A DNA stretch of 59,889 nucleotides. Origin: Rhina ancylostomus. Its lineage: Eukaryota. The stretch's first letter is position 1, and the number at the start of each line of letters is the position of its first letter. The stretch is taken from contig JARFYF010000001.1 in the NCBI GenBank assembly GCA_030265395.1, forward strand, positions 55,459,544 through 55,519,432. Direction: 5' to 3'. This document shows positions 1 through 12,429 of this stretch, piece by piece. Both the position numbers and the translations under genes were made by a program. Under the pieces are notes generated by a model. It ran no database searches. It was not told the origin of the DNA and saw only the letters and a list, made by a program, of their open reading frames with translations.

Positions 1-804
1 GATATACAAATTCCATCTATTCAGTAGTTTTAGTCTCTGTTTTTGCATAAATGCTGTGAAGTAAAGCTCTCATTTCTCTTTCTTCCAGCTTAAGAAATAT
101 AGCACTACTGCAAAAGTGTGAATTTTTTTCCATCCCCGATATCCTGGTGGAAGTGATAATTTAGTGCCAATGTGTTCTAGAGCCAAAGTTACTTGGCATG
201 AGTTTGTGACTCTCAAAGTTTATATTATGTCTAGTATTCTTAATATTGACAGAGAAAGGAAATATCTGAATTGGATGGAGCCCAGGTTCTAGAAATTAAA
301 ATAATGTATGCTACATTGTCAATAAATTCTGTTTAAGTATGATGCATTACTTTATTTCAGGCAAATAATTAAGGTTAAGCCCATTGTTAAATTTTTTTCT
401 GTAGGAATTCCTTAATTGAACATTATTAATGCTTGACAAGTTTAAACATTGCTTGTCGCACCATTGTATGATAATACACACATTAATAATCAGCTTTTCC
501 AAGAAACACATCTGCTCCTGGAGAAAGCATTTGCTAAAGATCAAACAACAATTGTTTTACAAAATATATTCCACTGGAGTTTGTAGATCTGGAAACCCCT
601 TACTTACTCAAAGGTAATGCCAAAGGAAGGAACATTTAGGAAGAGAAAAAGGAATTCAATTTGGGGTTTGGTAGGGAGAGCTGGATATGGTCAGAACCCA
701 GAGATTAGCTGATCATAATAACAAAGGAGCTTGTAATTAGCAAAAGTGAGACCAAGAGGTTCCTTGTGGGGTGGAGAACCTCTTCTGCACTTCTTGATCC
801 ACAA

Positions 805-1760
805 GGATGGCAAAGTGATGCAGCAAATTAACCTGCTGCCTCACAGCTCCAGCAATGCAGGTTTGATCCTGACACCTTGTGCTGTCTGTGTGTAGTTTGC
901 ATGATCTCTCTGGGATCGCATGGGTTTCCTCTAGGTGCTCTAGTTTTCTCCAAGTGTTATGGCCATTACAGAGACTTGGTTGAGAAAAGGGCAGGACTGG
1001 CAGCTCAACGTTCCAGGCTTTAGATGTCTTGGCTGTGATCAAGAGGTACGTAAAAGAGGTGGGGGGGGGGTTGCACTACATATCAGGGAGAATGTCACAG
1101 CTGCACCTAGAGAGGACATCCTGGAGGGCTCATCCAGTGAGGTAATATGAGTAGAGCTACAAGGAGAGGTTAGACAAACTTGAATTGTTCTCTCTGGAGT
1201 GTTAGAGGCCAAGGGGCAACCTAATAGAAGTGTATAAAATTATGAGAGACATAAATAGATAGTCAGATTCTTTGTCCCAGGATGGAAATGTCAATTACTC
1301 GGGGGCATAGCTTTAAGGTGAGAGGGGGAAAAGTTTAAAGATTTACTAGGCAAGTTTTTTTAACATTGAGAGTAGTAGGGGCCTGGAACGTGCTACCAGG
1401 GGAGATAGTGGAAGCAGATACAATAGCAATACTTAAGAGGCATTTAGACAGGCACATGAATAGGCAGGGAATGGATGGATATAGACCATGTGTAGGCAGA
1501 TGGGATTAGTTTATATTTGCAACATGGTTGGCACAACCATCTTGGGTCATAGGGTCTGTTCCTGTGCTGTATTTTTCTATACCCTATCCGGAAGAAATGT
1601 TAATTGGTTATAATAAATTACCCTATGTAGGTGGGTGATACGAGAATGTGTGTGAAGTTCATGGACAGGTGAGAGAATAACTGGTGTACAGGATTCATTT
1701 GAAATCCAGTATAGACATGATGGCCAAATGGCCTCCTTCTACAATGTATGGAAATATAAA
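805..1760 (+). mobile_element. HE1/V-type tRNA-derived SINE split by a CR1 insertion (SINE parts about 805-953 and 1581-1760)
   Basis: Degenerate tRNA head (ggcaaagtgatgcagc, ggtttgatcc) and core gggtttcctctaggtgctctagtttt. The SINE resumes after the LINE and ends in the CR1-type tail atggccaaatggcctccttct. Confidence 0.65.
954..1580 (+). mobile_element. CR1/HER1-like LINE, endonuclease start fused to the ORF2 3' end
   Basis: AITETWL..GGGVAL (APE domain) runs directly into YKERLDKL.LFSLE...GNLIEVYKIM and the 3' tail gggtctgttcctgtgctgta. Confidence 0.85.
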
Positions 1761-2703
1761 AATATAACATAAATATAAAATGTGATATTGCATCTAGCTA
1801 CTCACGGCTTCATTTGGTTGTTGGATTTCCCAAGCTTTGGAAAATCCTACCAAAGTCAGACTCTTGACTCTACTGTGAGAGACAGATTTAAATATTATAA
1901 CCGAACCTTCTAACTTTTCTAGGACATACACACATACACAGCTTTCTATCTGGTGCTGTAAAAATAGCACTAGGCACGCATGCCTGCTGCTGATTTTTCA
2001 ACTTTTAATATCCAATGACAGACCATTCAGTGGGTGGAGGAGGGGCTGAAAATGGAAGGAGAATATCAACTCAAATATTTACCTTGTAACACTAAGAATG
2101 TATATTTGACTAAAAGTAAAGTATTAACTAAATACAAAATTTAAAAGAAGGACTTTTCAATGAGAAAATAAATTCATTGCTTCAATGAAGATTTAGCTGC
2201 TGTTCATCTTGTTTTCTTTGAGTAATATTTAAGTGGCACAATTCTGCATTGGATGCCTAGAGAGATAACAATATATGTAGCTTGCTCTACAGTTGTATTT
2301 TATGATCAGCTGGAAGGAAGAATATCATACATAATGAATTAGGACAAACCTCAGTGAGCATATCCTACTAATGCATGGTGAGAAATTGTGCACCTTTCTA
2401 TGTCTAATCTCCTTGAAAACTATGAAGTTCCCTTTAAGTAACAAAATAAGAGCTGTAAACCAGAATACAAGCTTCAAAAATCAGATGTTGAGGTGGGTTT
2501 TATCCTTCTTGTAAATGCAGCCACTCAAACAAATAAAAGACTGCATTTTAGGGTTAATCATGTTATTGTGAAATAACTTGATTACAACTCTGTTAATTTT
2601 GATGATAATTAAAAATTTCAATTACTTGGATAAATGGTGGACAAATGTATTTGGAATGCTCAATTTAATTGATTATATGGCAAGTCTTTTATTCTTCTAA
2701 TAA

Positions 2704-2949
2704 ATTTATTTAAAACTTTTTTTATACAGCACAGTAACAGGCCCTTCCAGCCCAACGAGCCCACACTCCCCAATTACACCCTACTAACCCATACATCTTT
2801 GGAATGTGGGAGGAAACCGGAGCACCCAGAGGAAACCCACGCAGTCATGGGGAGAATGTACAAACTCCTTACAGACAGCGGTGGGAACTGAACCCCAATC
2901 ACTGGTACTGTAATAGCGTTATGCTAACCGCTGCGCTACCATGCTGTCC
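2704..2949 (-). mobile_element. tRNA-derived V-type SINE with CR1-like tail
   Basis: The reverse complement shows A-box tagcgcagcgg, B-box-like ggttcagttcc, core gggtttcctctgggtgctccggtttcctcccaca and tail gaagggcctgttactgtgctgtata. Confidence 0.85.
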
Positions 2950-3259
2950 AAATCTTACAACTATAACAAATACAAACAAATCTTAATTAAGTAAAGTTAT
3001 CAAGTAAACCAAATTATTAAACACCAGGTAAATCAACTCAATCTTATCAGTCCCACACAGCTTGTTCCTGCACATCCAAATAATTGTACAGTTTGTTTCT
3101 GCATCAGGTTTGACTCAGATCAGCTTGTTCAAGCAGAGTTTAAAGTGGAATTTATTGTAGCTTCATGGTCCACTGCTGAGCTCCATGAGGAGGCCAACAA
3201 GAGAGTGAAGTCTGAGGTTGCTTACCAAACAACTGCTGGGCAACTCAAGACTTCTTCAT

Positions 3260-4378
3260 GCATGGTTGTTAAAATAGACGTAAAGTTAAGGTGGTAGATA
3301 AGCAGTAGCAGACGTTTAAGGAAATATTTCATCCTTCCCATTAAGGACATCATTTTATTGAGAAATAGATACTACTAGAAGGATAACCCTTTTGAGGCCA
3401 GCTAATGAAAATGATATTGAATTGAAAAGTGTTGCGAAGATCAGTAGTTGGCTGAGATATTATGAAAATTATAGAAATCAGCAAAGGATGACTAAAAGTA
3501 AGGAGGGAGAAAAAAAGACAGAAGGTGTAGTTTAGCCACTGTCAAAGTTTTTTCAGCATTTTCATGGGCTTGGGGTTTAGGCCACATGAGGAGAGTTTCA
3601 CCACAGTGTCTTGTTGCTGAGGTTGGAGTCACCCTAATCCAGCAATAAATTAAAAAAAACCAACTTTGATAGGTATATGAAAAGGAAGGGAGTAACTAAG
3701 GTAAACATTGGTCCCTTAAAGGATGAGACTAGGGAATTCAATATGGCAAATAAGGATATGGCAAAAATTTTGAACAAGTATTTTGTTTCTGTCTTCACAG
3801 CAGAGGACCTAAACACACCTAATGGTAGTAGAAAACTAGGGGAAAACAGGGGGGAAAAACTTAAAAGAGCCACATTTGCTAGTGAAAAAGTATGAGGTTA
3901 TGTGATGGAGCTAAAGGCTGACAAGTCCCTTGACTTGATGGTCTGCAACATTAGGGTGTAAAAGAAGTGATTGCAGAGATAGTGATCTTCCAAAATTTCC
4001 AAGACTGTGGAAATATCCTAGTGGTTGAAAAAAATGTAATGGAATTATTAAAGAAGGACATTTGGATAGTCGTAATGTCAACAACTAGAGAGCATAGTTG
4101 TTGAATGAGGGTTGTCCACTTAAAACAGAGATAAGGATTCATTCATTCTCTCAGGAGTCATCACTTTGGAATCCTACACCTCCAGAGAGCTGTGGAAGTG
4201 AAGTCATTGAATATATTTAAGATCAAGGTTGACAGACATCTCATCTATAAAGGAGCTAAGGATTGTGGGTATCAAGCAGGGTCAAGGTGAGACCAAGATT
4301 AGACCAGCTATGATCTAATTGAATGCAGAGAAGGCAGGAAGGGTCATACTGCTTATTCTTGTTCTTCTTTCTTATGTT
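3260..4378 (+). mobile_element. Degenerate, internally deleted CR1 LINE
   Basis: KVNIGPLKDET..NKDMAKILNKYFVSVFTAED and a DKSP..DGL-like segment, then 3' end features (ccagagagctgtggaagtgaagtcattgaatatatttaag). Confidence 0.75.
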
Positions 4379-6179
4379 TTAGTGAATCTTAAACTTACTG
4401 GTGAAACTGGCAGGACTTCCTCACAAAATTTAAACCTTAGACTTTTCAATGTTTAATTTACACCTTAGATATTAGATTGCTCTGCAAGTCAATGATTATG
4501 AAGTTAAGCATAGAGAAATATGTGTTTTGAGATTAAGCCTTACTTCGTAAATGCAGTGTTGTATTTGAAAAGCCTATTTAAAAGTATGCATAGTTGCATT
4601 GGCATGAATTATGAAGACATTGCCACCCTTTGCAGAGAATTTCATTCCACCCAAAAACAGCCATCAACCTCAGAGCACTATCCAACAAGTCAAATTAAAA
4701 AGTTATAAAATTTGTAGGTGTAAGCAAAACTTTTTATTGAAAGCAATTTGCCTTAAATAAAAAAAATCAATAATTGACTTAGAGCTGAAATACAAATCAA
4801 ACTTAGATAGCTATTGAGCGTTGTAGTTACATGTAGAATCTTTTGACATCTGTCTTCCACTGAATTCTCCACTGCCAGATTGAGAGACCAGTAAAGTTAA
4901 CACAATATGAGCCAGTCCAGTTACCTCTGGTTTGGTGGGACTCAATCACCTGAGCTTTGAATGGATCAGAAAAGTCTATTTGATAAATTTGCTGGAATGG
5001 TCCCTCCAGTATGTTTTATTGAGAAATTCAACAGTGCAATATTCATCTTGTCTAAGAGACGCAGACCTGATTATCTTCAGTAGATTGTTGGTTGGTTCAA
5101 AATATGAACCAATCAATCTTGGCTTAAATTTTAAGGGTTGTCTTTAGCACTGCTCATCTTTCCAATTGTCACTTTTAAGGGAACAGGGTGGGCAGATGGT
5201 GATGGTATAGGGTTGGCTCTAGATTTGGATAATTAAATGCTATTTGACATGGGGCAAGAATCTAAGGTAAAGGCCAGGAATTTCTGCAACCTGCTCAACA
5301 TAACAAAATTAACATTGTTTTGCATGCCAATCATTTTGTTATGAATTTACTCAATAATATCTTGCTTGTGCAATTTGAATGTGCTGCAGTGAGCAGAACT
5401 ATGAGTCAGAAGTGGAGGAGTCAACCGTCTGTAACCTTTTCCAGATTAGAAATTTTAAACAGAACAGGTCTCTCATCTTTCTAATATCCCTCTACATCAT
5501 GTTTCTTGTGTACTTCATCACTTTATTAATATATGTATGTGCTAACCACAGTGCTATGATTTGAAAGTCACCAATGCCCTCACTGGACTACAGCAGTGGT
5601 GGATGTTCAACCAGAGGTATACAGATTGTGTGGTTAATCAGGTCGTATTGCCTTCAAATGGAAATTTTACATTATCATTCAAGAATTCAAAGTTTTGCTT
5701 CTCTCTTCAACATAGATACCACAGCTATATTGAATGATTCCCTTCACATATATGTATTTCAACACTGTAATAGCCTACCAGATTCTACCGTAAAGTCTTT
5801 GAAATGATCCAAGATGAATCAGTCAATTAAATGTAGATAGCAATTAATCCTGTTGGTATCTTTGATGTTTGCAAGCATTCAAAAGCAATGAGGCACTAAC
5901 AAAAATGAACAATAATATAAAAAGGAGAAACAATCCACACACTTAAAACAAGTAAAATGGCGTCTTCACTCTTCTGTTCACAGCCAAATGCTCCCTTTTA
6001 TTTCATTTGGACCATTGTACTTAGGCATTGTACTTAGGCATGCCTAATCTGCTGCAGGTTCAGTGATCCAATTTTCCAGTCTGACAGCTGGGAAATCTGG
6101 AGAAGTCTATGTTCCTGAACTGGACTCCATTGACTACATTGTAAATCGATGCTTGTGAATCACAATCTCCCACAGTTTG

Positions 6180-6485
6180 GTATTTAATATAGTGTGGGAG
6201 GGGGAGTTGAAGTGACTAACGACGGGGAGATGCAGGTCATGGTTATGGACAGAATGCAGGTGCTCTGCAAAGTGGTCACCTAGTTTGTGTTTGGTCTCAC
6301 CAATGTAGAGGAGGTCACACTTGGAGCACCAAACGCAGTAGATGATATTAAAGGAGATGCAGGTGAATCTCTGTCTCACCTGAAAGGACTATTTGGGTCC
6401 CTGATGAAGGTGGTGGAGGTGGTGTAGGGGCAGGTGCTGCACCTATGGCAGGGACAGTGGAAGTTCCCGGGGTGGGGGGGGGGCG
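6180..6485 (-). mobile_element. Penelope-like element, GIY-YIG endonuclease fragment
   Basis: RFTCISFNIIYCVWCSKCDLLYIGETKHKLGDHFAEHLHSV..PVVSHFNSPSH: a GIY-YIG domain with CxxC, typical of PLEs. Truncated by a gap. Confidence 0.85.
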
Positions 6486-7778
6486 NNNNNNNNNNNNNNN
6501 NNNNNNNNNNNNNNNNNNNNNNNNNNNNNNNNNNNNNNNNNNNNNNNNNNNNNNNNNNNNNNNNNNNNNNNNNNNNNNNNNNNNNTCCCCAAAAGCTGAA
6601 TCAGTTTAAGTATCTGATGGTGAATGAAACATTCACTCATTGAAATTATATTGGGGATAAATCAGCCAGATTTCTCTGAAAATCTCAAAGCAGACAGCCT
6701 AGGTTCAGCATTTCCTATTACTCACCTTACAATGATCTCTATCCACCACATACAGTACTTACGCCAATGCATAACCAACATCTAATAGCTTGCATATTTT
6801 GCAGCTATTCAAAGAAAGTAGCCACACCACCACTCTGAGATAGAGAATTCAAAAGTTTCACAACTCAGTGTGAAATTCCTCCCATCTCTGTCTTAAATGT
6901 GCTTATTCTAAAACTATACCTCCTAGTTCTAAATTCCCCATGAATTCCCTCAGAATTTTTTTATTTCAGTAATATCACCACTCATTTTTTTAAAACTCCA
7001 ATGAGTATAGGTCCAATGAGAACCTACTGAACTGTGGACAAAGCCACAACCAGCCTCAACTAATTTCAGTAACATGGGGCCCAGGTGATTTTACCGCTGG
7101 GGCCTCATCTGTATACTCCTCGTCAGTTGCCCGTGTGAAACCACAGAGAATCAGCAGTGGCCATTAAGAGGTTGACACTGCAATGGCAGCTGCATCATCA
7201 GCTAGATTATCAAAATTGGGGCTACAAGTGTATGGGTGGTGCCAGTCACCAATTTATTTTGAAAAGCTAGTGCAGGACACCTTCTTTAATGCTGGACGCT
7301 TTCCCAATGCACTGACCATTTCATTACACCTTCTACCCAGCCAGCCCTACTTAAGTCCTCAACTACATCTTTGGCAGGAGAAGTGAGCAACATCACCCTC
7401 TGTCAATCTGGTACAAGAATCATCCTTAACCCTTCCACTGGTGTGCCATGTCCAGTAGCTCACCATGTGCAATGAGAGTATCTGAGCTGGTAGCTGTGAA
7501 TGTGAAATCAAGTGATGTTATATCTTTATCATTACTATCTTCTGGATGTTCCTCCCCACCTGGTCCGGGTGGTCATTCTTGATTATGTGAAATGAATGTA
7601 CACTGTAGGTGGGTGTAGAAAAGAGAGAAGGATGTGTATGCTTATATAACTTCCAGCTGGTATATCAGAAGTGTGGATTGAGGGGAAGGTATGACATAAG
7701 GAGTAAGATTAGTTATGAGGATACTGTCATTTTTGATGATTTCAGCTGCTGGCCACAACTTTAGCAACTGTCATCCAA

Positions 7779-8082
7779 TAAGGTATGGTAAGATATCTTT
7801 AGTCACATGTACATCGAAACACACAGTGAAATGCATCTTTTCTTGCGTAGAGTGTTCTGGGGGCAGCCCACAAGTGTCGCCACACTTCTGGTGCCAATAT
7901 AGCATGCCCATAACTTCCTAACCTGTACATCTTTGGAATGTGGGAGGAAACCGGAGCACCTGGAGGAAACCCACGCAGAAACGGGGAGAACGTATAAACT
8001 CCTGACAGACAGTGGCCGGAATTGAACCCAGGTTGCTGGTGCTGTAATAGCATTACACTTACCGCTACACTACTGTGCCAGC
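7779..8082 (-). mobile_element. tRNA-derived V-type SINE with Rex/Babar-like tail
   Basis: Same head and core as the 2704 copy (B-box gggttcaattcc) but a different 3' part: tttcactgtgtgtttcgatgtacatgtgactaaagatatcttaccatacc on the minus strand. Confidence 0.85.
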
Positions 8083-8399
8083 ATTAACTCTTCCTTGGCT
8101 TTGGGACACGTAGGCACAGCTGTCACTCTGTGGTTAGCTTTTTCTGACTCCTGTAGTATACCACTTCAGTATGCCAGAGAGATGGAAGTGACTCAGTGAA
8201 TGTCATGGCATTATATTTGGATGATGTGGCTGTAACCTTTGAATAGCTGCAACATGTACGAGCTATCATGTGTCATGCAATGATGTAAATGTGTGATCTT
8301 GTGGTGGATGGAGACTGTTAGGAAGTTAGTAATGGGATGTGGTGAATCTATCATTGTCTGAGGCTGGTAGTCCAGTTAATAGAATATGACAACTGAAGA

Positions 8400-8930
8400 T
8401 ATACATAAGAAACTGGAGCGGAAGACTTTGTGACCCCTTGAGCCAGCTCTGCCATTCAATGAGATCGTGGCTGACCTGATCTTCCCCTCAGCTCCCATAT
8501 AGACAAAATATCTGTTTATTTTGACCTTGAATATATTCAATGATTCCACCTCCACCATTCTCTGAGATAGAGACCAAAGATTCACAACACTCCAAAAGAT
8601 CTTCTTCCTTATCTGTCTTGGATGTACTGCTCCGTATTCCAAAACTATGCATCATGGCCCTCCATTCCTTCATGAGTCCCCTCAGAATCTTATGTGTTTC
8701 AATAAGATAATCTCTCAGTTTTCTAAATTCCAATGAGTAAAGGCCCAACCCGATCAACTTTTCCTTGTAAATCAACCCCTTCAGCTCAGGGATCAAACTA
8801 GTGAACCTCTGAAGCCTCTCCAATGCAAATATATTCCTTCTTAGGAATATATTCCTCCCTTAGTTAAGGAGGCCAAAACTGTAAACAACACTGTGTGCCA
8901 CTAACACCCTGTACCATTGCAGCAAATATT
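8400..8930 (-). mobile_element. CR1 LINE 3' fragment
   Basis: ERLQRFTSLIPELKGLIYKEKLIGLGLYSLEFRKLRDYLIETHKIL and VVNLWSLSQRMVEVESLNIFKVKINRY. Confidence 0.85.
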
Positions 8931-10282
8931 CTCTGTTATACTGCATTCTTTGGAATATAGTTGGAACATAGACTGATCTTTACTGCCATTGAAGGGGTTG
9001 GTGGGGTGTGCCTTGTTGACATCTTGGTCTTTGACTTACTTTGCCACTGGGGTAAATAGTACGAGACAATTACCCTTAATTTTCTTTATGTTCTTCCTAA
9101 TGCACATCATTAACTTCAATGGAATATCTGTGGAAACACTTTATGTGGTTACTCTCTCTTGGTTTCCATATATCTTGGTGGATGATAGAAAGCTTCAGGA
9201 GAAATTCAACACACACTCACTACAAGGCAAGAACATCTGGATATTTGTTATTTTGTTCTATTGAAAGAAATAATATGTCACACTTCTAAAATCTTGGCAT
9301 GGATTTCATCAACATTTTAACACTTAATAGCTTGCCACTCTGCTTTCCGTAATAACCATAGCAACTATGTTCCAGTCACTAATATTCCTGCAGTGCTGTA
9401 CAAAATACATTACTAATCATCATATTGGTCCCATATATGAGACATGGTCCGAAACAATGGATGGACATGTTTCTGTATATTTGGTCGCACTTTCGTTGCT
9501 GCAAAATCAACAACGAACTGCATCTACCAAAACTTTTCATGGGTAGTTTTTCACAGTGTGAGATGAATACAGAGGAAAAGAGTGCTAGAGAGAGAAAAGA
9601 AAGGGAAACTTTCTCTACTGACAATCCATTTAATTCTTGATTATAGAGCTGAGAAAATATTGTTGAATCCAGTCCTGCAAATCAGAACCAAGTTACCTTT
9701 CATTAAAAACATTCTACATTGGCAAATATTGTAATCAGTGCTGGCCAGAGATGGGCCCATCTGTGGAGTGATCCTGATGCACGTATTGCTATTCAGCATG
9801 TCCATCTTTTATGACCAATTGAGAGATGTATCATGTCCATATGACAGCAATTCCAATGCTGCAACATTCCTGCAGTTTTGCATCGGAGAATCAAACTTGA
9901 TTTTTGTGACCACGTCACTTACACCGAACATGAATCCATAACCTCCATTGTTTAACTCAAAACCAATAGAGCTACCAGCTGAGCTAACATTGATACTCAT
10001 CATGTTTTTGTTTTGGCAATTACAAATGTGTATTATGTCAGAAATTCTAGCCAGAGTGCTTTTTATTCATACTAAGTCTAAGGCAAATATCACAAAGTGA
10101 AGGGTAGCCAAGTTGGCCAGAAATTTTGAGAATCATTTAGCTCCCTAGAATCTGAAATCAGACAGAAAACTAATTCCTATATTGTCTGATAGTCAAAACA
10201 TACCAGTGGCTCACCTGTGGCCTTGTACAATGAAATGGCACTTAATAAGCATGCAGTGGTCATAAGTACTCCAAGAATACTG

Positions 10283-10509
10283 TGGACACCATAGACGACA
10301 TATGCTAGAATCTAAAGCAACTATCAATCTGTTGGAGGAACCCATGGGTCAAGCAGCATCTGGGTGGGGGGGGGGGGGAAGAAATTGTCAACACTTGGGT
10401 CAAAACTCTGCATCATGACTCATGGTGCAGTTTCAACTCAAAAAGTCAACAAGTTCTTGACCCCCCACAGATGCTGTTTAACCTTCTGAATTCCATTAGC
10501 AAATTGTTG
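10283..10509. mobile_element. Short fold-back Penelope pLTR-derived insertion with TSD
   Basis: Two inverted arms around tgcatcatgactcatggtgca. Flanking direct repeat ctccaagaata(c/t)tg at 10269-10282 and 10510-10523. Confidence 0.7.
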
Positions 10510-10525
10510 CTCCAAGAATATTGGA

Positions 10526-11066
10526 ATTAGAATTGGTTTATTATTGAAATTGGTTTATTATTGTCATGTGTACTGAGATACAGTGAAAACTTTTTATTTG
10601 CATGTGATCCAGGCAGACTGTGCCATACATAAGCACCTCGAGGTAATAAAAACTGGTTGCAGAATATAGAGAAAAGTGAAGTGCAGGCAAACAAATAAAG
10701 TGCAAGGGCCATGACAAGGTAGACTGGGAGATCAAAAATTCATCTTTAGCATAAGAGAAGTCCTTTGAAGAGTCTTATAACAGTGGCACAGAAACTGGCT
10801 CTGAGGCTGGTGGTACGTGTTTTCAAGCTTTTCTATCTTCTGCCCAACAAGAGAGAGGAGAGAATTACTGGGGTGGGAAGGGTCCTTAATAACTTTGGCT
10901 GCTTTCCTGGGGCAGCAGGAGGTGTAGACAGAGTCAATGGAGTCTGGTTTGTGTGATGTGCTGGGCTACGTTGTTTCTTATGGATTTGGGCAAAGCAGTT
11001 ACCATTCCAAGCTGTGTTGCATCTGTATAATATGCTTTCTATAGTGTGTCCGTAAAAATTGGTAAG
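10526..11066 (-). mobile_element. Rex/Babar-type LINE, 5'-truncated
   Basis: LTNFYGHTIESILYRCNTAWNGNC motif, SLLLGRR, and the 3' end tttcactgtatctcagtacacatgacaataataaacc. Confidence 0.8.
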
Positions 11067-11160
11067 TATGATATCTTTATTAGTCACATGTACATCAAAA
11101 CTCCTTACAGACAGCATCCGGAATTGAACCTGGGTCACTGGCGCTGTAAAGCATTACAAT
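11062..11160 (-). mobile_element. Internally deleted SINE (head plus Rex-like tail) abutting the 5' end of the Rex/Babar copy
   Basis: gatatctttattagtcacatgtacatc is joined to aaactccttacagacagcatccggaattgaacctggg; both match the 7779-8082 SINE. Confidence 0.75.
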
Positions 11161-11519
11161 GAACTTCTTTTATTGGGGTTGCTGCACTGGCAGGTGTTCA
11201 CAATTTGCAATGCTTTCTATTTATACATTTCCATTGTTTTAAAGTTTAATTTTCTTTTAATCGTGCTCATCTTCTAACACTTTTATTTGATGAAATGGGG
11301 ACTATACAAAGAGAATGCATGCTATTAACCAATGTGGGCAGGGTAATTGACAATAGAAATGGATCAATGTAGATTCCTTGCAAAAGTGAAAGGGTAAAAT
11401 TACTTTCAATGCTTGGACCAGGTAAACATTCACTTACACAAGAATAGAAAATGCTGGAAACAATCAGGTCAGGCAGTATCTGAGGTACACTATACATTCA
11501 ACTACATCATGGAGCATTA

Positions 11520-12250
11520 TTCACAGTGAACAGTAGGGCCCTGGGGACTGTTGTAGAAACAGAGGGTCCTACAAGTACAAGTACATGGTTCCATGAAAGT
11601 GGTGTCACAGGTAGACAGGGTGGTGAATGTAACTTTTGGCACAGTGGCCTTCATTAATCATTGTATTGAGCATAAACGTTGAAATGTTATATTGCAGTTG
11701 TACATGACATTGGTGAGGCCACATTTGGAATATCCTGTTCAGTTTTGTTCACCCCACTCAAAGAAAGATGCCATTAAGCTGGAAAGAATGCAGAGGAGAT
11801 TTATGAGGACGTTGCCAGGACTTGGGGGGTCTGAGTTATGGAGAGAGGTTGAGCAGGTCAGGATGTTTTTTTCTTAAATGGAGTGTAGGAGAATGAGAGG
11901 TGATATTAACAGATGCATAAAATCATGAGAGGCATAGAGAGGATAAATACACAGTCTTTTTCGCAGGGTTGGGGAATCAAGAACTAGAGGGCATAAGTTT
12001 AACAGGGAAGAGATCTAATTAGAACCTGAGGGGCAACTTCTTCCACTCAGAGGGTGGTCAAGAGATGGAATGAGCTGCCACAGGAACTGGTTGAGGTAGG
12101 TATATTAACATTTAAAAGGCACTCGGGATAGGTACACGGACAGGAAAAGCTTAGGATATGGACCAAACGCAGGCAAATGGGATGAGTTTACAAGGGCATC
12201 TTGGGCAGCATGGGTGGAAGGTCCTGTTTCTGAGTTCTATAACCCTATGA
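11520..12250 (+). mobile_element. CR1 LINE 3' fragment
   Basis: LQLYMTLVRPHLEYPVQFCSPHSKKDAIKLERMQRRFMRTLPGL, with tail ggtcctgtttctgagttctataaccctatga. Confidence 0.88.
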
Positions 12251-12429
12251 TAATTACCAAATCCTTTGGCAAACAGTTAACTTTACTAGTTGGGACAAAC
12301 TGCTGGTTCTGACAAACAGTCATGGGCCTGAAAAATTAAGTTTTTCTTATATCCACTGATACTGCCCGACCTGCAGACTGTTTCCAGCACCTGCACTTGT
12401 TTTCTTTCCCCTCCCCATTTTCAGCCATT

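Noticed and set aside
1813-1854. Short imperfect hairpins (also about 16574-16619 and 56476-56506)
   Set aside because: Stems of 11-14 bp with mismatches are within chance expectation for 60 kb of AT-rich DNA.
9300-10005. Cluster of short overlapping ORFs as a hidden exon or transposase
   Set aside because: The frames I translated gave no convincing motif series (only an isolated MDGHVS) and no consistent splice pair.
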